Positions 31,312 to 41,674 are shown, counted from the first letter of the stretch. The stretch is 64,000 nucleotides of DNA from Turneriella sp. (GCA_965279515.1 CBDIID010000003.1:128001-192000); one strand, 5' to 3'. Made by a program: numbers and translations. Notes: generated by a model from the letters alone, not told the origin.

Positions 31312-31528
31312 GTACAACGTGGATTTTACGCTGACGTTTTTTGACGCTTGTGTCATTTAATCAATTTGTAAAGCCGATTTGCGTCAAAAAATGTGGTCGT
31401 AGCGGCTCGCGGCGACGCGCGAAAACACACCTCCCGGTGCGCGCGTCGTCCGCGATCTTTGCCGCGAAGACCCGAGCACGCGAGGAGCTACGGCACCGCA
31501 GCGGCGCAGCGCGTAAAATTTGTTGTGT
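31312..31528 (-). repeat. attC-like site, type A
   Basis: AAC...GTT bounded repeat. Confidence 0.88.
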
Positions 31529-31532
31529 GAAG

Positions 31533-32039
31533 TTAGCCAACGGGAGAATAGCCTTCTGCGACCAGAATTGAATAATCTATTTTGCGGAAGTTATGCTTTT
31601 CCTTTCCATCCGGTTTCGCATAGAGAAGATAATCTCCATTTACCTTAAAGCAAATACCGTGCAGCTCATATTGGTACATAATGCCCGGATTTTGGGGTAG
31701 GGTTTGGTATTCGTGGAGAATTCGATACTTTATGAGTATATCCTCAATTTGGCCAGCCTTGAGCAGGGCAGCTATTGATAAGTCGATTTCGCTGTATTCA
31801 TTAGCATTCAAAATATTTGTTGCATTGGGCTCTTCATGAAGCCATACTCCTAATTCGCCCAAAATATCGTCTGATTCCAAATAAGGCAACTCGTAGCCGA
31901 TAAATAACACAGGAGAATCTTGTATCTTAAGCGCTATGTCTTGATACCTATCGAAATCGTTGAATCGATATTCAGTAGAATAGATCTTCTGAATCTTTTT
32001 TCCAAGTATCTGTATTAGATGCGCGAACGGTTTGCTCAT
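31533..32039 (-). CDS. Hypothetical protein
   Basis: Fills cassette exactly between the end IRs. Confidence 0.75.
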   Translation of the reverse strand: MSKPFAHLIQILGKKIQKIYSTEYRFNDFDRYQDIALKIQDSPVLFIGYELPYLESDDILGELGVWLHEEPNATNILNANEYSEIDLSIAALLKAGQIEDILIKYRILHEYQTLPQNPGIMYQYELHGICFKVNGDYLLYAKPDGKEKHNFRKIDYSILVAEGYSPVG

Positions 32040-32049
32040 GGCTAATTTC

Positions 32050-32265
32050 ACACAACGTGGAATTTACCTGACGTTTGGTGACACTTGTGTCATTAATTCA
32101 ACCAGAAAAGCCGCCTTGTGTCACCAAATGTGCCCGGAGCGCCTCGCGGCAAAGCACAAAACAAGCGTCCCGCTTGTGCTTTGTCCGCGATCTTCTGGCG
32201 CGTAGGGCCGAGCACCCGAGGAGCCACGGCACCGCAGGGAGCGCAGCAGGTAAATTTTGTTGGGC
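32050..32265 (-). repeat. attC-like site, type B
   Basis: AAC...GTT bounded repeat. Confidence 0.88.
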
Positions 32266-32269
32266 GAAG

Positions 32270-33745
32270 TCATTCTGCTAACGTTCGAGCTTGGTTCTTA
32301 AGGTAAAGAAAAAGGCTGAATATCGCCGACCTTGCTATTCGCGTTAAGGAATCTAGGTCTTTCAAAAGTTGCTCTCTTGATACCTTTTTTATTGGGCCAC
32401 TTGCCGTTTCAAAGATTGAACTCTTGGTCAATATCAGGGTGGAATGCTCAAGGATGTTACGGTATTCCTTAAAGAAGCGAAGTTCGCCAGTCTTCGATTG
32501 AAGGTCCGTGGCAATGCTGTATAAGGCTATGAGATTGAAATTTCCCTCGCTGAACACGGCGTTCTTAATTGTGGGGTAATTTCGCCAGAAAGATTCGAAG
32601 AGAACTGATTCGGCAGCGTGGAATTTGATATTATGGCAAAGCATCAGGCCAACTGCAATTTTGTCGAAAACACCATAAATGTAGCGGAACCCGGAAATCA
32701 AGCTTAAGTCTGGCGTAAGGGTGGGAAAAAATTCCAAATTTGAAGTCGTGGCTTGATACAGGAGAGAACGACCAATATGAAAATCTACGATAATGCGATC
32801 AAATATATGCTTAATGTTGACCGCCGATCGAAGCGAGCGGTTCTTAATGATCTTTAATGTCTCACTTTTGTCAGCAAGAATGTCGTTTCGACCTGCGGAA
32901 CAGGAACAATAGTTACTATGTTGTGAAAGGAAAAGACCTCTCTTCAAGCAAAATGATGCCAAATCACCGTAGGAAGTATCATCCAAAACATACTCGAATC
33001 GGTGGCGCCGATCATCCTGTGTGAATTTGAAGCCCATACGCTTCAAGATTTCCCGGATGTATTTTAATTTGGTCCTTAGAAAATCTTTGCTGCCATATGG
33101 CGTAGCAAGGCGAATGGCTTTTCGGAGATGGTGAGACATAGAGAAAAGCATCTGGGGAGTGAACCGGTCCGAAAGATCATTTAACAGCTCCAAAGCCGTT
33201 ACCTTGCTAGCATGTGCTTCAAATCGATCTGGATTTATACTAAGGGCCTGTGAGTAGAAAAATAATGCTTCCGTTACTCGACCGGTGCAATTCAAGGCAT
33301 TTGCGATATTTACGAGAAGCTGGTCCTTCATGTCCTCATCATGGTCAGATAATTGTTTTAGACTGCGCCAATAATGATTTTTAGCTTCTATGACGGTTTG
33401 TAGGTTTTCAGCTGAATAATCGTTGTTTGAATGTCGCCTATGGTCAAATATCGCCTTTTTAGCATTTCCGAGATTGTACTGGAATGAAGACTTTGAATAA
33501 TATTTCTCATATCGCTGCACTTGAATGATCGCTAAACCTTTTTCAATGATATCAAGCCGCATTTGGTACGCGCCAATGTCAGTTAGAAGACAACCAGCTT
33601 TGTAATGAGAATTAATCTTGAAAATCGAGTCTTCGAGTCTTGGAAAAATATTCTCCAAGAAATTCAGAACCAAAGCCATTGCTTCGGCACTATTACCTTC
33701 ATCTACTAAGCGGTCTGCTGTTTCTAGATCAGAATGTATCGTCAT
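32270..33745 (-). CDS. TPR plus HEPN domain protein (LA2681-like)
   Basis: TPR-like QYNLGNA and LVNIANALNCTGRVTEAL; C-terminal YRNILEH (RxxxxH). Confidence 0.75.
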   Translation of the reverse strand: MTIHSDLETADRLVDEGNSAEAMALVLNFLENIFPRLEDSIFKINSHYKAGCLLTDIGAYQMRLDIIEKGLAIIQVQRYEKYYSKSSFQYNLGNAKKAIFDHRRHSNNDYSAENLQTVIEAKNHYWRSLKQLSDHDEDMKDQLLVNIANALNCTGRVTEALFFYSQALSINPDRFEAHASKVTALELLNDLSDRFTPQMLFSMSHHLRKAIRLATPYGSKDFLRTKLKYIREILKRMGFKFTQDDRRHRFEYVLDDTSYGDLASFCLKRGLFLSQHSNYCSCSAGRNDILADKSETLKIIKNRSLRSAVNIKHIFDRIIVDFHIGRSLLYQATTSNLEFFPTLTPDLSLISGFRYIYGVFDKIAVGLMLCHNIKFHAAESVLFESFWRNYPTIKNAVFSEGNFNLIALYSIATDLQSKTGELRFFKEYRNILEHSTLILTKSSIFETASGPIKKVSREQLLKDLDSLTRIARSAIFSLFLYLKNQARTLAE

Positions 33746-33772
33746 GCGGTCTTGTCTTGGCAGAATGATTTC

Positions 33773-33988
33773 GCCCAACGCGGAATTTACCTGACGTTTG
33801 GTGACACCTGTGTCATTAATTCAATCAGGAAAGCCGGTTTGTGTCACCAAATGTGCCCGAAGCGCCTCGCGGCAAAGCACAAAACAAGCGTCCCGCTTGT
33901 GCTTTGTCCGCGATCTTCTGGCGCGTAGGGCCGAGCACGCGAGGAGCTACGGCACCGCAGCGAGCGCAGCAGGTAAATTTTGTTGTGC
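33773..33988 (-). repeat. attC-like site, type B
   Basis: AAC...GTT bounded repeat. Confidence 0.88.
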
Positions 33989-33994
33989 GATGAT

Positions 33995-34684
33995 TCAGCG
34001 GGCTTTGGGTGTCAGCGCCTTGGGGAAAATGGCAAAAAAAGCCCCTTGCAACTGACACATCATAACTAAATTTAAGCCATTAGCCCTGATGAAAACTTTA
34101 CCCTTATTAAAGTACGTCAATGATTTGCCTGAAAATTTGGCCATGCTTCTGTGTTGCTTTGCGGCCTTAATGAAATCGAAAGCCGCGTTTTTGGGCAAGT
34201 CCCTATCTGCAACCTGACTACTGAGCAGAGCATCCAATGAAACTTGCTCGTCAGATTTATGGGCTATAACAGGAAAATTCTTTGCCAATTTTACGCCGTA
34301 TTCTTCGGTTAGACTCAAAGTTTCATATCCTGAATTTCCAAGGGTATTCGCTTGGTCAATTTCCCAATATTTGCCAATCAGAAAATCTTGGGCTTTTACA
34401 GTGGAAAACTGAAAGGCGGTGCCATTTAAGAACTGTTGGATGGTATCACACATTTCAGGAATCTCTGGTTTCGAAGCACAATTCAGAGCAGTAGCATATC
34501 TGGCTATTTCTGTATCTGTGACGTCTGTCTTAACTTCAGCTTGGTCATAAGGAACTCCGCCCCTGTTATAAAGGTCTTCCATGCCAAATTCGCGCAATGC
34601 CATTTCTCGCCTGCTATGCCGACATGAGTATAAAACTAGCGCGGAAGAAAAGAGTATGGTCAGAGTTCTTAAGTCTTTGTTCAT
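33995..34684 (-). CDS. Putative lipoprotein
   Basis: ILFSSALVLYS-C leader. Confidence 0.72.
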   Translation of the reverse strand: MNKDLRTLTILFSSALVLYSCRHSRREMALREFGMEDLYNRGGVPYDQAEVKTDVTDTEIARYATALNCASKPEIPEMCDTIQQFLNGTAFQFSTVKAQDFLIGKYWEIDQANTLGNSGYETLSLTEEYGVKLAKNFPVIAHKSDEQVSLDALLSSQVADRDLPKNAAFDFIKAAKQHRSMAKFSGKSLTYFNKGKVFIRANGLNLVMMCQLQGAFFAIFPKALTPKAR

Positions 34685-34723
34685 TTTAGATCCCAATAAT
34701 CATATCTGGCCCGCTGAATTTTC

Positions 34724-34939
34724 GCACAACGCGGAATTTACCTGACGTTTGGTGACACTTGTGTCATTAATTCAATCAGGAAAGCCGCCTTGTGTCACCA
34801 AATGTGCCCGAAGCGCCTCGCGGCCAAGCACAAAACAAGCGTCCCGCTTGTGCTTGGTCCGCGATCTTCTGGCGCGTAGGGCCGAGCACGCGAGGAGCTA
34901 CGGCACCGCAGCGAGCGCAGCAGGTAAATTTTGTTGGGC
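34724..34939 (-). repeat. attC-like site, type B
   Basis: AAC...GTT bounded repeat. Confidence 0.88.
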
Positions 34940-34955
34940 GAAGTGCATTTTCGGA

Positions 34956-35966
34956 TTATGGTTTGCTAAGAATTTTCGTCTTTATTCGATCAAACAGATT
35001 CTGTTTCTTTTCTGGATTTGATCGATCGAAGACTCCATAATGGGCGCGGGCGATTACTAGATGGGGGAATTTGCGCTCAACCACCTCTGCAATATGGTTG
35101 TATAGCTCAATAAGGCTTTTCATCGCGCGCAGGCATTCATCGCGATCAAGTGGGACAATACCCTCGTGAATCAGCCGGTTTCGTAAGTCATATAAGTCAT
35201 TCTTCCAACGGATTACAAACTCGTTTTTTGTGTAGGACAAGTCGGCATCTACGTTTTTCCCAATATGGCGTTCCAGTTTCGGCTTAAGCGTATTTTCTTC
35301 AATGATCTCATCAATCTCTGCATCATTTCGCTGCTGGATTTTGAGGATATTCCGTAATAATTTGTTTACATATATTTCAAATGAGGTTTGGAGATCAATA
35401 ATGCCCATTTTGTACTGGGAGTTCGCCAGCTTTTGCTTCCCTAAGAAGAAATGCTCGTTGACCCTACTTAGGTCAAGTTTATCGTTCCAACGCCTGAGTA
35501 TTTCAATACTATTTGTAAAGTTTTCCTCTGTAAAAGATTCGAAATTGTGATCGTGTAATTTTCCCGGATCAGTAACATACATCGTAATCTGACCCCCAAT
35601 CTCAACAGGAATCAACATTGGAAGATCTGTTATCCCAATCGGAACCAGGTGCATAATTTCCTTTTCCGCAACCAATGCGGCCAAAATGGAATTTATCTCA
35701 TAAATACCTAAGTGCACGAACCTCTGTATCTGCGCTTCAGAAAAATCAGACATCTTTTTATTCTCGAATGCAGGAAATTCTACTTCCACTAGAGTGAAAT
35801 CCAGTTCCGACTCTACGCCAATATTCTCGTAATAGTTTGGAACAGAGCTTCTGCCTCGGCGCTTAGAGAAAGAAATTATTATAATATGATCTCTCGCATA
35901 ACCTATTTCGAGGCTCAATTTTTGAGGAGCGGGAATATTGTATGGCAGGAGGTAGATAATTTTCAT
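34956..35966 (-). CDS. HEPN domain protein
   Basis: LQTSFE helix and LRNRLIH (RxxxxH). Confidence 0.72.
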   Translation of the reverse strand: MKIIYLLPYNIPAPQKLSLEIGYARDHIIIISFSKRRGRSSVPNYYENIGVESELDFTLVEVEFPAFENKKMSDFSEAQIQRFVHLGIYEINSILAALVAEKEIMHLVPIGITDLPMLIPVEIGGQITMYVTDPGKLHDHNFESFTEENFTNSIEILRRWNDKLDLSRVNEHFFLGKQKLANSQYKMGIIDLQTSFEIYVNKLLRNILKIQQRNDAEIDEIIEENTLKPKLERHIGKNVDADLSYTKNEFVIRWKNDLYDLRNRLIHEGIVPLDRDECLRAMKSLIELYNHIAEVVERKFPHLVIARAHYGVFDRSNPEKKQNLFDRIKTKILSKP

Positions 35967-35977
35967 AAATGCATTTC

Positions 35978-36193
35978 GCCCAACGTTGGATTTTACGCTG
36001 ACGTTTTTTGACGCCTGTGTCATTTATTCAATCTGTAAAGCCGAATCGCGTCAAAAAATGTGGTCGTAGCGGCTCGCGGCGACGCGCGAAAACACACCTC
36101 CCGGTGTGCGCGTCGTCCGCGATCTTTGCCGCGAAGACCCGAGCACGCGACCCAACGGAGTGGTCGCGGCGCAGCGCGTAAAATTTGTTCTCT
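35978..36193 (-). repeat. attC-like site, type A (alternative last hairpin)
   Basis: AAC...GTT bounded repeat. Confidence 0.88.
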
Positions 36194-36346
36194 GCCGTAG
36201 CTGCACTTGTGAGCCTAGGCACGGATGCCTAGGCGACTAAGATCGGTAAAGTTACCGCCGGCATTCTACTTATTTCGGATATGAGCTCTTGCTCAAAAAC
36301 AATGTTTACGGCTTTCGAAGCCATAATTTCTGGTCAGGCTTTTCTT

Positions 36347-36895
36347 ATGAGTCTTAATTCCTTATTTAATTTTCGTATCTCATGTACATGTTTCTTACTA
36401 CTGCTTTTTAGTACTTCCATAAAAGCGGCTGAATTGCCTGGATTTGATGTCGGAGTTTTAGGCAATGTATATGATACCATTAAGAGTGATGGCAGACCTC
36501 TGGCCTGGGGTAGTGGAGCTGGTGCTCTCGTTCACTGGCAATGGTCCGCGGATTGGCGAAGCGGAATGCAGATTGGATGCATAAGCGTCTGTGCTGGTAA
36601 TCTTGAAATCGGTTATCGAGCACAAACAATCTCTTATTCTCGGTTTCGGTATCCAGAACGACTGATTTATTATATCATCGGTTTGGGTATTCATGAAGTT
36701 TGGTTGCGTTTTGTCACGGGGATCAATTCAGTTAAGAACTATGATTCGCAACTTGGACTCGGTGTTGGATTCAGTGTGCACGCGTTTAAAATAGGCGATT
36801 TCTTCTTATCCTACGGAATAAATTTCTACATCATTAATGAATATATGGCATTTGGCTTAGGTCAAGCTTTTGCAGCTCTAGCGTTTCGGCTCTGA
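36347..36895 (+). CDS. Hypothetical outer-membrane protein
   Basis: Signal peptide; amphipathic beta strands; start uncertain. Confidence 0.65.
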   Translation: MSLNSLFNFRISCTCFLLLLFSTSIKAAELPGFDVGVLGNVYDTIKSDGRPLAWGSGAGALVHWQWSADWRSGMQIGCISVCAGNLEIGYRAQTISYSRFRYPERLIYYIIGLGIHEVWLRFVTGINSVKNYDSQLGLGVGFSVHAFKIGDFFLSYGINFYIINEYMAFGLGQAFAALAFRL

Positions 36896-36965
36896 GGAGA
36901 GATAATACATAACTGCGACGCGGCACCGCCACGGAGGGCGGTGAAAGAAAAAGTGCAGCTATGGC

Positions 36966-37179
36966 AGAGAACGTGGAATTTACCTGACGATTGGTGACAC
37001 TAGTGTCATTAATTTAATCAGGAAAGCCGAATTGTGTCACCAATTGTGCCCGGAGCGCCTCGCGGCAAAGCACAAAACAAGCGTCCCGCTTGTGCTTTGT
37101 CCGCGATCTTCGGCGCGTAGGGCCGAGCACGCGAGGAGCTACGGCACCGCAGCGGCGCAGCAGGTAAATTTTGTTGGGC
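36966..37179 (-). repeat. attC-like site, type B
   Basis: AAC...GTT bounded repeat. Confidence 0.88.
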
Positions 37180-37222
37180 GAAGTGCACTTCAGTCGGCGA
37201 AAGCATGTTTTAGCAAAGACTA

Positions 37223-37723
37223 TTAGTCTTTTAAACTAGATTTAATAATTTTTATAAGGCTTACAAGATAAATGACCAGAACGCCTGCGATTGACCAAAC
37301 CTCAGGCGATTTGACCCAATCCATAAGAACGAACGGTGCAAAGAACATTGCCCAAAAACTGGGATTCCGAATTTCTTCTCTTCTTGCTAGGGATGTTATG
37401 AGATTTTCAGCAGGCTTGAAATTAGCATAGTAAATGGCTAAGAAAAACAGAAATATCGAAAACAGGGTAAAAACTATGAAATATAGAGCAAAAATCTTAG
37501 AGAATCGATCTTGAATTCCTAATTTGTAGGCACAAACCAGTACCGATATCGAATAAACAAGAATGTAATAATTGAACCAACCGTAAAAACTGCTAGGAGA
37601 ATTATCCGTGAAAGGATTGAAAATTAGATAAAGCAAGATCAAAGCTGATGCTATCAAAAATGCAGCAAAACATGCAATTGCTCTAGATTGACCTGACTTT
37701 TCATAAGTAATAGAGTTTCTCAT
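37223..37723 (-). CDS. Hypothetical membrane protein
   Basis: About 4 TM segments; fills cassette. Confidence 0.72.
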   Translation of the reverse strand: MRNSITYEKSGQSRAIACFAAFLIASALILLYLIFNPFTDNSPSSFYGWFNYYILVYSISVLVCAYKLGIQDRFSKIFALYFIVFTLFSIFLFFLAIYYANFKPAENLITSLARREEIRNPSFWAMFFAPFVLMDWVKSPEVWSIAGVLVIYLVSLIKIIKSSLKD

Positions 37724-37793
37724 CAGGTATAAAGGACTAAGTTAGAATAAAATGTATTTGTCTATAGCAATGAATTATTACTCTGTGCATTTC

Positions 37794-38010
37794 GCCCAAC
37801 GTGGATTTTACGCTGACGTTTTTTGACGCTTGTGTCATTTATTCATTTTGGAAAGCCGAATCGCGTCAAAAAATGTGGTCGTAGCGGCTCGCGGCGACGC
37901 GCAAAAACACACCTCCCGGTGTGCGCGTCGTCCGCGATCTTTGCCGCGGAGACCCGAGCACGCGAGGAGCTACTGCACCGCAGCGGCGCAGCGCGTAAAA
38001 TTTGTTGGGC
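37794..38010 (-). repeat. attC-like site, type A
   Basis: AAC...GTT bounded repeat. Confidence 0.88.
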
Positions 38011-38027
38011 GCAGTAAACCTTCGGTT

Positions 38028-39038
38028 TCATAAGGATCGCATGCTGAGGGATAGATTCAGAGACATTTCCAGTGTCGTATCTTTGAGTATCAGTTCTATG
38101 GCTAGCTGTAACGATTCCAGAGCTTCCAGCATGTCAATATTCCTTCGATTCAAACTATGGGCCACGTCATTTCTCAATTGTCTAAGTTTATCAATTCTTT
38201 TCAATACGCTGATATCGATAACTTCTGCGATTTCTAAAATATTGCTCATAACGCCCGCTGTAAAATCTCGACCCTCAAGAAACTTGCGTCTGTCTGCATT
38301 TATTCGCGAACTAGAGTCACGTAGATTAGTCAAGTACGTAGAATATGTATCTTTAAGTATTGCTTCAACAATGAACCAGGAAAGCACAATTGTCAGTCTG
38401 TAATTAGTCTTCTTGAACTCACTTATGGCTTTGCTCAGCGAATATATGGATTCTGAAAGGCTGGGCGAAGCACAGACAGCAATAAATAGTTCAAACGTGG
38501 ATTGGAGAATCGTCAAGGGCAAAGGCCAGCGAGAAGTTAATCCGAAGCTAGCTCTTAAGGGAAGACCTGGTCGATGTGTACTCCTGAATCGCTGCATGAA
38601 GTAATGGCCAACAACCGAGTTTGGTGGTATACCGGCACTGGTTTGGTTATTTTCCTCGTATGTGGTGCGCTGAGCGTCAGTTGAGGTTATTTCTCGAAAC
38701 TCAAACTGGGCAGATTTTTTTTCTCTAACTGTTACGCCATCGAGAATTAGAGTGTAGATGTTGCATAACTTAAGATACTCATTCCAAAGTTTTGCTCCAT
38801 GTTCAAAATCAGCGGGCTCGTTCTCACCCTTAACTTGCCCTTCTAATTTTTCATGACTAATCTCAACCATGCCATCACGTGCAACTCGAACAATTATGCC
38901 GTCTTTAGAATGACTTGAAACGATTTCAGAAAAATATTCTTCAAAATCCGGTCTGAGTTCTAATTCAGCCCAATTCGGCTCCTCGCCTGCCCAGAACGGG
39001 GGATTAGTGTAAAAATAAGTAAAATTTGCTTTGCTCAT
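38028..39038 (-). CDS. HEPN domain protein
   Basis: SWFIVE helix and LRNDVAH (RxxxxH). Confidence 0.72.
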   Translation of the reverse strand: MSKANFTYFYTNPPFWAGEEPNWAELELRPDFEEYFSEIVSSHSKDGIIVRVARDGMVEISHEKLEGQVKGENEPADFEHGAKLWNEYLKLCNIYTLILDGVTVREKKSAQFEFREITSTDAQRTTYEENNQTSAGIPPNSVVGHYFMQRFRSTHRPGLPLRASFGLTSRWPLPLTILQSTFELFIAVCASPSLSESIYSLSKAISEFKKTNYRLTIVLSWFIVEAILKDTYSTYLTNLRDSSSRINADRRKFLEGRDFTAGVMSNILEIAEVIDISVLKRIDKLRQLRNDVAHSLNRRNIDMLEALESLQLAIELILKDTTLEMSLNLSLSMRSL

Positions 39039-39064
39039 TCGGTCTTATGCACTAGGTTTATTGC

Positions 39065-39280
39065 GCCCAACGTGGAATTTACCTGAGGTTGAGTGACGCT
39101 TCGTTCAACTTTGTGTTCTGTAAAGCCATATTGCGTCACTCAATCTGCCCGAAGCGCCTCGCGGCAAAGCACAAAACAAGCGTCCCGCTTGTGCTTTGTC
39201 CGCGATCTTTTGGCGCGTAGGGCCGAGCACGCGAGGAGCCACTGCACCGCAGCGAGCGCAGCAGGTAAATTTTGTTGTCT
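39065..39280 (-). repeat. attC-like site, type B
   Basis: AAC...GTT bounded repeat. Confidence 0.88.
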
Positions 39281-39294
39281 GCAGTTCTGGGCCA

Positions 39295-39960
39295 TTAGTG
39301 GATATCTATCGTCACTGCACCAAATAAGCCAGTGGCGTACTCAACATGGGCTTTTTCTCCTTGTCTTGTCCTTAAATAGACTGCTTTGCTCACACTTAAG
39401 TACAGGTTTTCAGAACCATTGCCATGCGTCAGCACCAGGTGATTACGCGGTCCCTTGCCATTTGTTTCGTATCTTTGAACTACATTCATTTTCTCAATTC
39501 TGCGTTCCTTAATGCTCACCATATTAAGCAACGCGATGAAGAAAATAGTCGGCAGAGAGAAAAGGGCTGCGTAGTAAGCAATGCGCGGTATCCTGAATTC
39601 ATACTGGTAGCCGCGGAAAGTAAGAGCCCCGTAAAAAATCAGCATGAATGCAGCTAAGAATAATAGCCCAAAAAAAAGGATTGGGAGGAAATTGAGCCAA
39701 TTAGCGGACGAGACCACAATACCGAAAAGAAAATTTGATACGATTATCCCTACTATCGGGGCCCGCAATGGCAAAGGCTCAAAGTAGAGCGGTCTTCGAG
39801 TAAAACCCACGGAAATAATAATGATTACTAGGTTTAGGCCAGAAGCAAGTAGAATTCGAAAATTGTTCTGTGGATCCGTGAAAATTAGAATCAAAATGAA
39901 AATCAAGTAAGAGTATTCTCGAACTTTACTGGACTCAAAGTATTTATAAAGTAGTTGCAT
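39295..39960 (-). CDS. Hypothetical membrane protein
   Basis: About 5 TM segments plus a C-terminal soluble domain. Confidence 0.72.
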   Translation of the reverse strand: MQLLYKYFESSKVREYSYLIFILILIFTDPQNNFRILLASGLNLVIIIISVGFTRRPLYFEPLPLRAPIVGIIVSNFLFGIVVSSANWLNFLPILFFGLLFLAAFMLIFYGALTFRGYQYEFRIPRIAYYAALFSLPTIFFIALLNMVSIKERRIEKMNVVQRYETNGKGPRNHLVLTHGNGSENLYLSVSKAVYLRTRQGEKAHVEYATGLFGAVTIDIH

Positions 39961-39979
39961 ATGCTTGGCCCAGAATTGC

Positions 39980-40195
39980 AGACAACGTGGAATTTACCTG
40001 AGGTTGAGTGACGCTTCGTTCAACTTTGTATTCTGTAAAGCCATTTTGCGTCACTCAATCTGCCCGGAGCGCCTCGCGGCAAAGCACAAAAACAAGCGTC
40101 CCGCTTGTGCTTTGTCCGCGATCTTCTGGCGCGTAGGGCCGAGCACGCGAGGAGCTACGGCACCGCAGCGGCGCAGCAGGTAAATTTTGTTGTCT
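39980..40195 (-). repeat. attC-like site, type B
   Basis: AAC...GTT bounded repeat. Confidence 0.88.
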
Positions 40196-40224
40196 GCAGT
40201 TCGCCTTTAAAAAAATCATTGGGG

Positions 40225-40842
40225 TTATTCTGATTGTATGTAGGTGAATTCTAGTATGGGCTTTCGGGCCTGTTCACGCTGGATAAGACTTCTTAGCTGT
40301 TTTAGTTCGGTCTTGACTTTTTCTAGTTCATGCTCTTGCTTGAGTTTTTCCAGAGCGTTCGTTTCTTTCCTGATCATAGTGATTAATCGCTTCTCTGAAT
40401 TCTCAAATAAGGTGACCGAGGAAGGGGCATAATCAGGTTCTTCCTGACTTTCCTCGTAATGGCTGCGGCTATTTGAATAAGATTCAACTTTGAACTTGTA
40501 CTGGGAGTATAAAGCGTCAAGAATGGAAATCAACCTTTCCTGAGGACATTCGAACCCTGCTGCGCCACCAGTAAGATGATTCATGTGCAGCTCCTTGCCG
40601 AATTTCTCTTTCAGATAATTGATAACCTTGAAAACATCCGTAGGCCCGCTGATTGCTACGCGTAATGTTGGAATTAATTGATAACTAGGTTGCATCGCAA
40701 CTGAGCTAAAAATGGGCCTAAACGCCTCATAAGTCATAGGTCGATCTTGGGCTATTGTTTGCCGGCCAGTACAATAGGCGCTAAGCAGCACCGAAAGCAG
40801 GAAAACTGTATTCTTTTTTCGGTTCCAAATTCTTAGTTTCAA
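40225..40842 (-). CDS. Putative lipoprotein with C-terminal coiled coil
   Basis: FLLSVLLSAY-C leader; CAGGAG SD before TTG. Confidence 0.7.
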   Translation of the reverse strand: MKLRIWNRKKNTVFLLSVLLSAYCTGRQTIAQDRPMTYEAFRPIFSSVAMQPSYQLIPTLRVAISGPTDVFKVINYLKEKFGKELHMNHLTGGAAGFECPQERLISILDALYSQYKFKVESYSNSRSHYEESQEEPDYAPSSVTLFENSEKRLITMIRKETNALEKLKQEHELEKVKTELKQLRSLIQREQARKPILEFTYIQSE

Positions 40843-40865
40843 AAAAATCTCCTGTGGCGAATTGC

Positions 40866-41081
40866 AGACAACGTGGATTTTACGCTGACGTTTTTTGACG
40901 CTTGTGTCATTTATTCAATCTGTAAAGCCGATTTGCGTCAAAAAATGTGGTCGAAGCGGCTCGCGGCGACGCGCAAAAGCAAGCGTCCCGCTTGCGCGTC
41001 GTCCGCGATCTTTGCCGCCGAGACCCGAGCACGCGAGGAGCTACGGCACCGCAGCGGCGCAGCGCGTAAAATTTGTTGGCT
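40866..41081 (-). repeat. attC-like site, type A (mosaic inner hairpin)
   Basis: A stem with B-type caagcgtcccgcttg tip. Confidence 0.88.
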
Positions 41082-41113
41082 GAAGTGATGCGTTGGGAGA
41101 TTACGCTTTGCCG

Positions 41114-41674
41114 CTATTTTAGAACCTTCGATTTTCGTTTATCAACGTCACTTAAGTAAAGAAACCCGGGAACGGTACCGCTATTTGTACCCCCCTTAAA
41201 AGGAACTGTAGCTCTGAATTTGAGGGGAAACATCTGTTTTGCATTCTTTTTGAGGGCCTTGTAATTTTCTTTCAATTCTGCCGCCTCGGGTTTTATTATT
41301 CCGTTCCAGAACGCAATTTGTTTAGTCCTGGCAATAATTATCGGGTGAACATAACCCAAATCTACCGTATCACTTGGTGTAATGTAACCAATAAAGGCTG
41401 TTCCATCGGCGCTGATAAATTCGGCCCGGACAACAAGTTGACCGGTAAATTCAGTAATTTCCTTGAGATCTGGGCGAGGGCGGACGGTAGCTTCATCTTG
41501 ACCTTCAATACCTTCTTCGTCCAAGGCAAATTCCCATACCGGACATTGCTCGATATCTGAGATTTTCAAATCGTATACTTGTTTTCGGATTCGCATCTGT
41601 GCCGCCAAATTCGTGACCAATAGTATCAATGTAATAAGTGGGGGAAGAGCTCGTCTGGTCAGAGAAATTATCAT
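41114..41674 (-). CDS. Hypothetical protein
   Basis: Fills cassette; hydrophobic leader. Confidence 0.75.
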   Translation of the reverse strand: MIISLTRRALPPLITLILLVTNLAAQMRIRKQVYDLKISDIEQCPVWEFALDEEGIEGQDEATVRPRPDLKEITEFTGQLVVRAEFISADGTAFIGYITPSDTVDLGYVHPIIIARTKQIAFWNGIIKPEAAELKENYKALKKNAKQMFPLKFRATVPFKGGTNSGTVPGFLYLSDVDKRKSKVLK

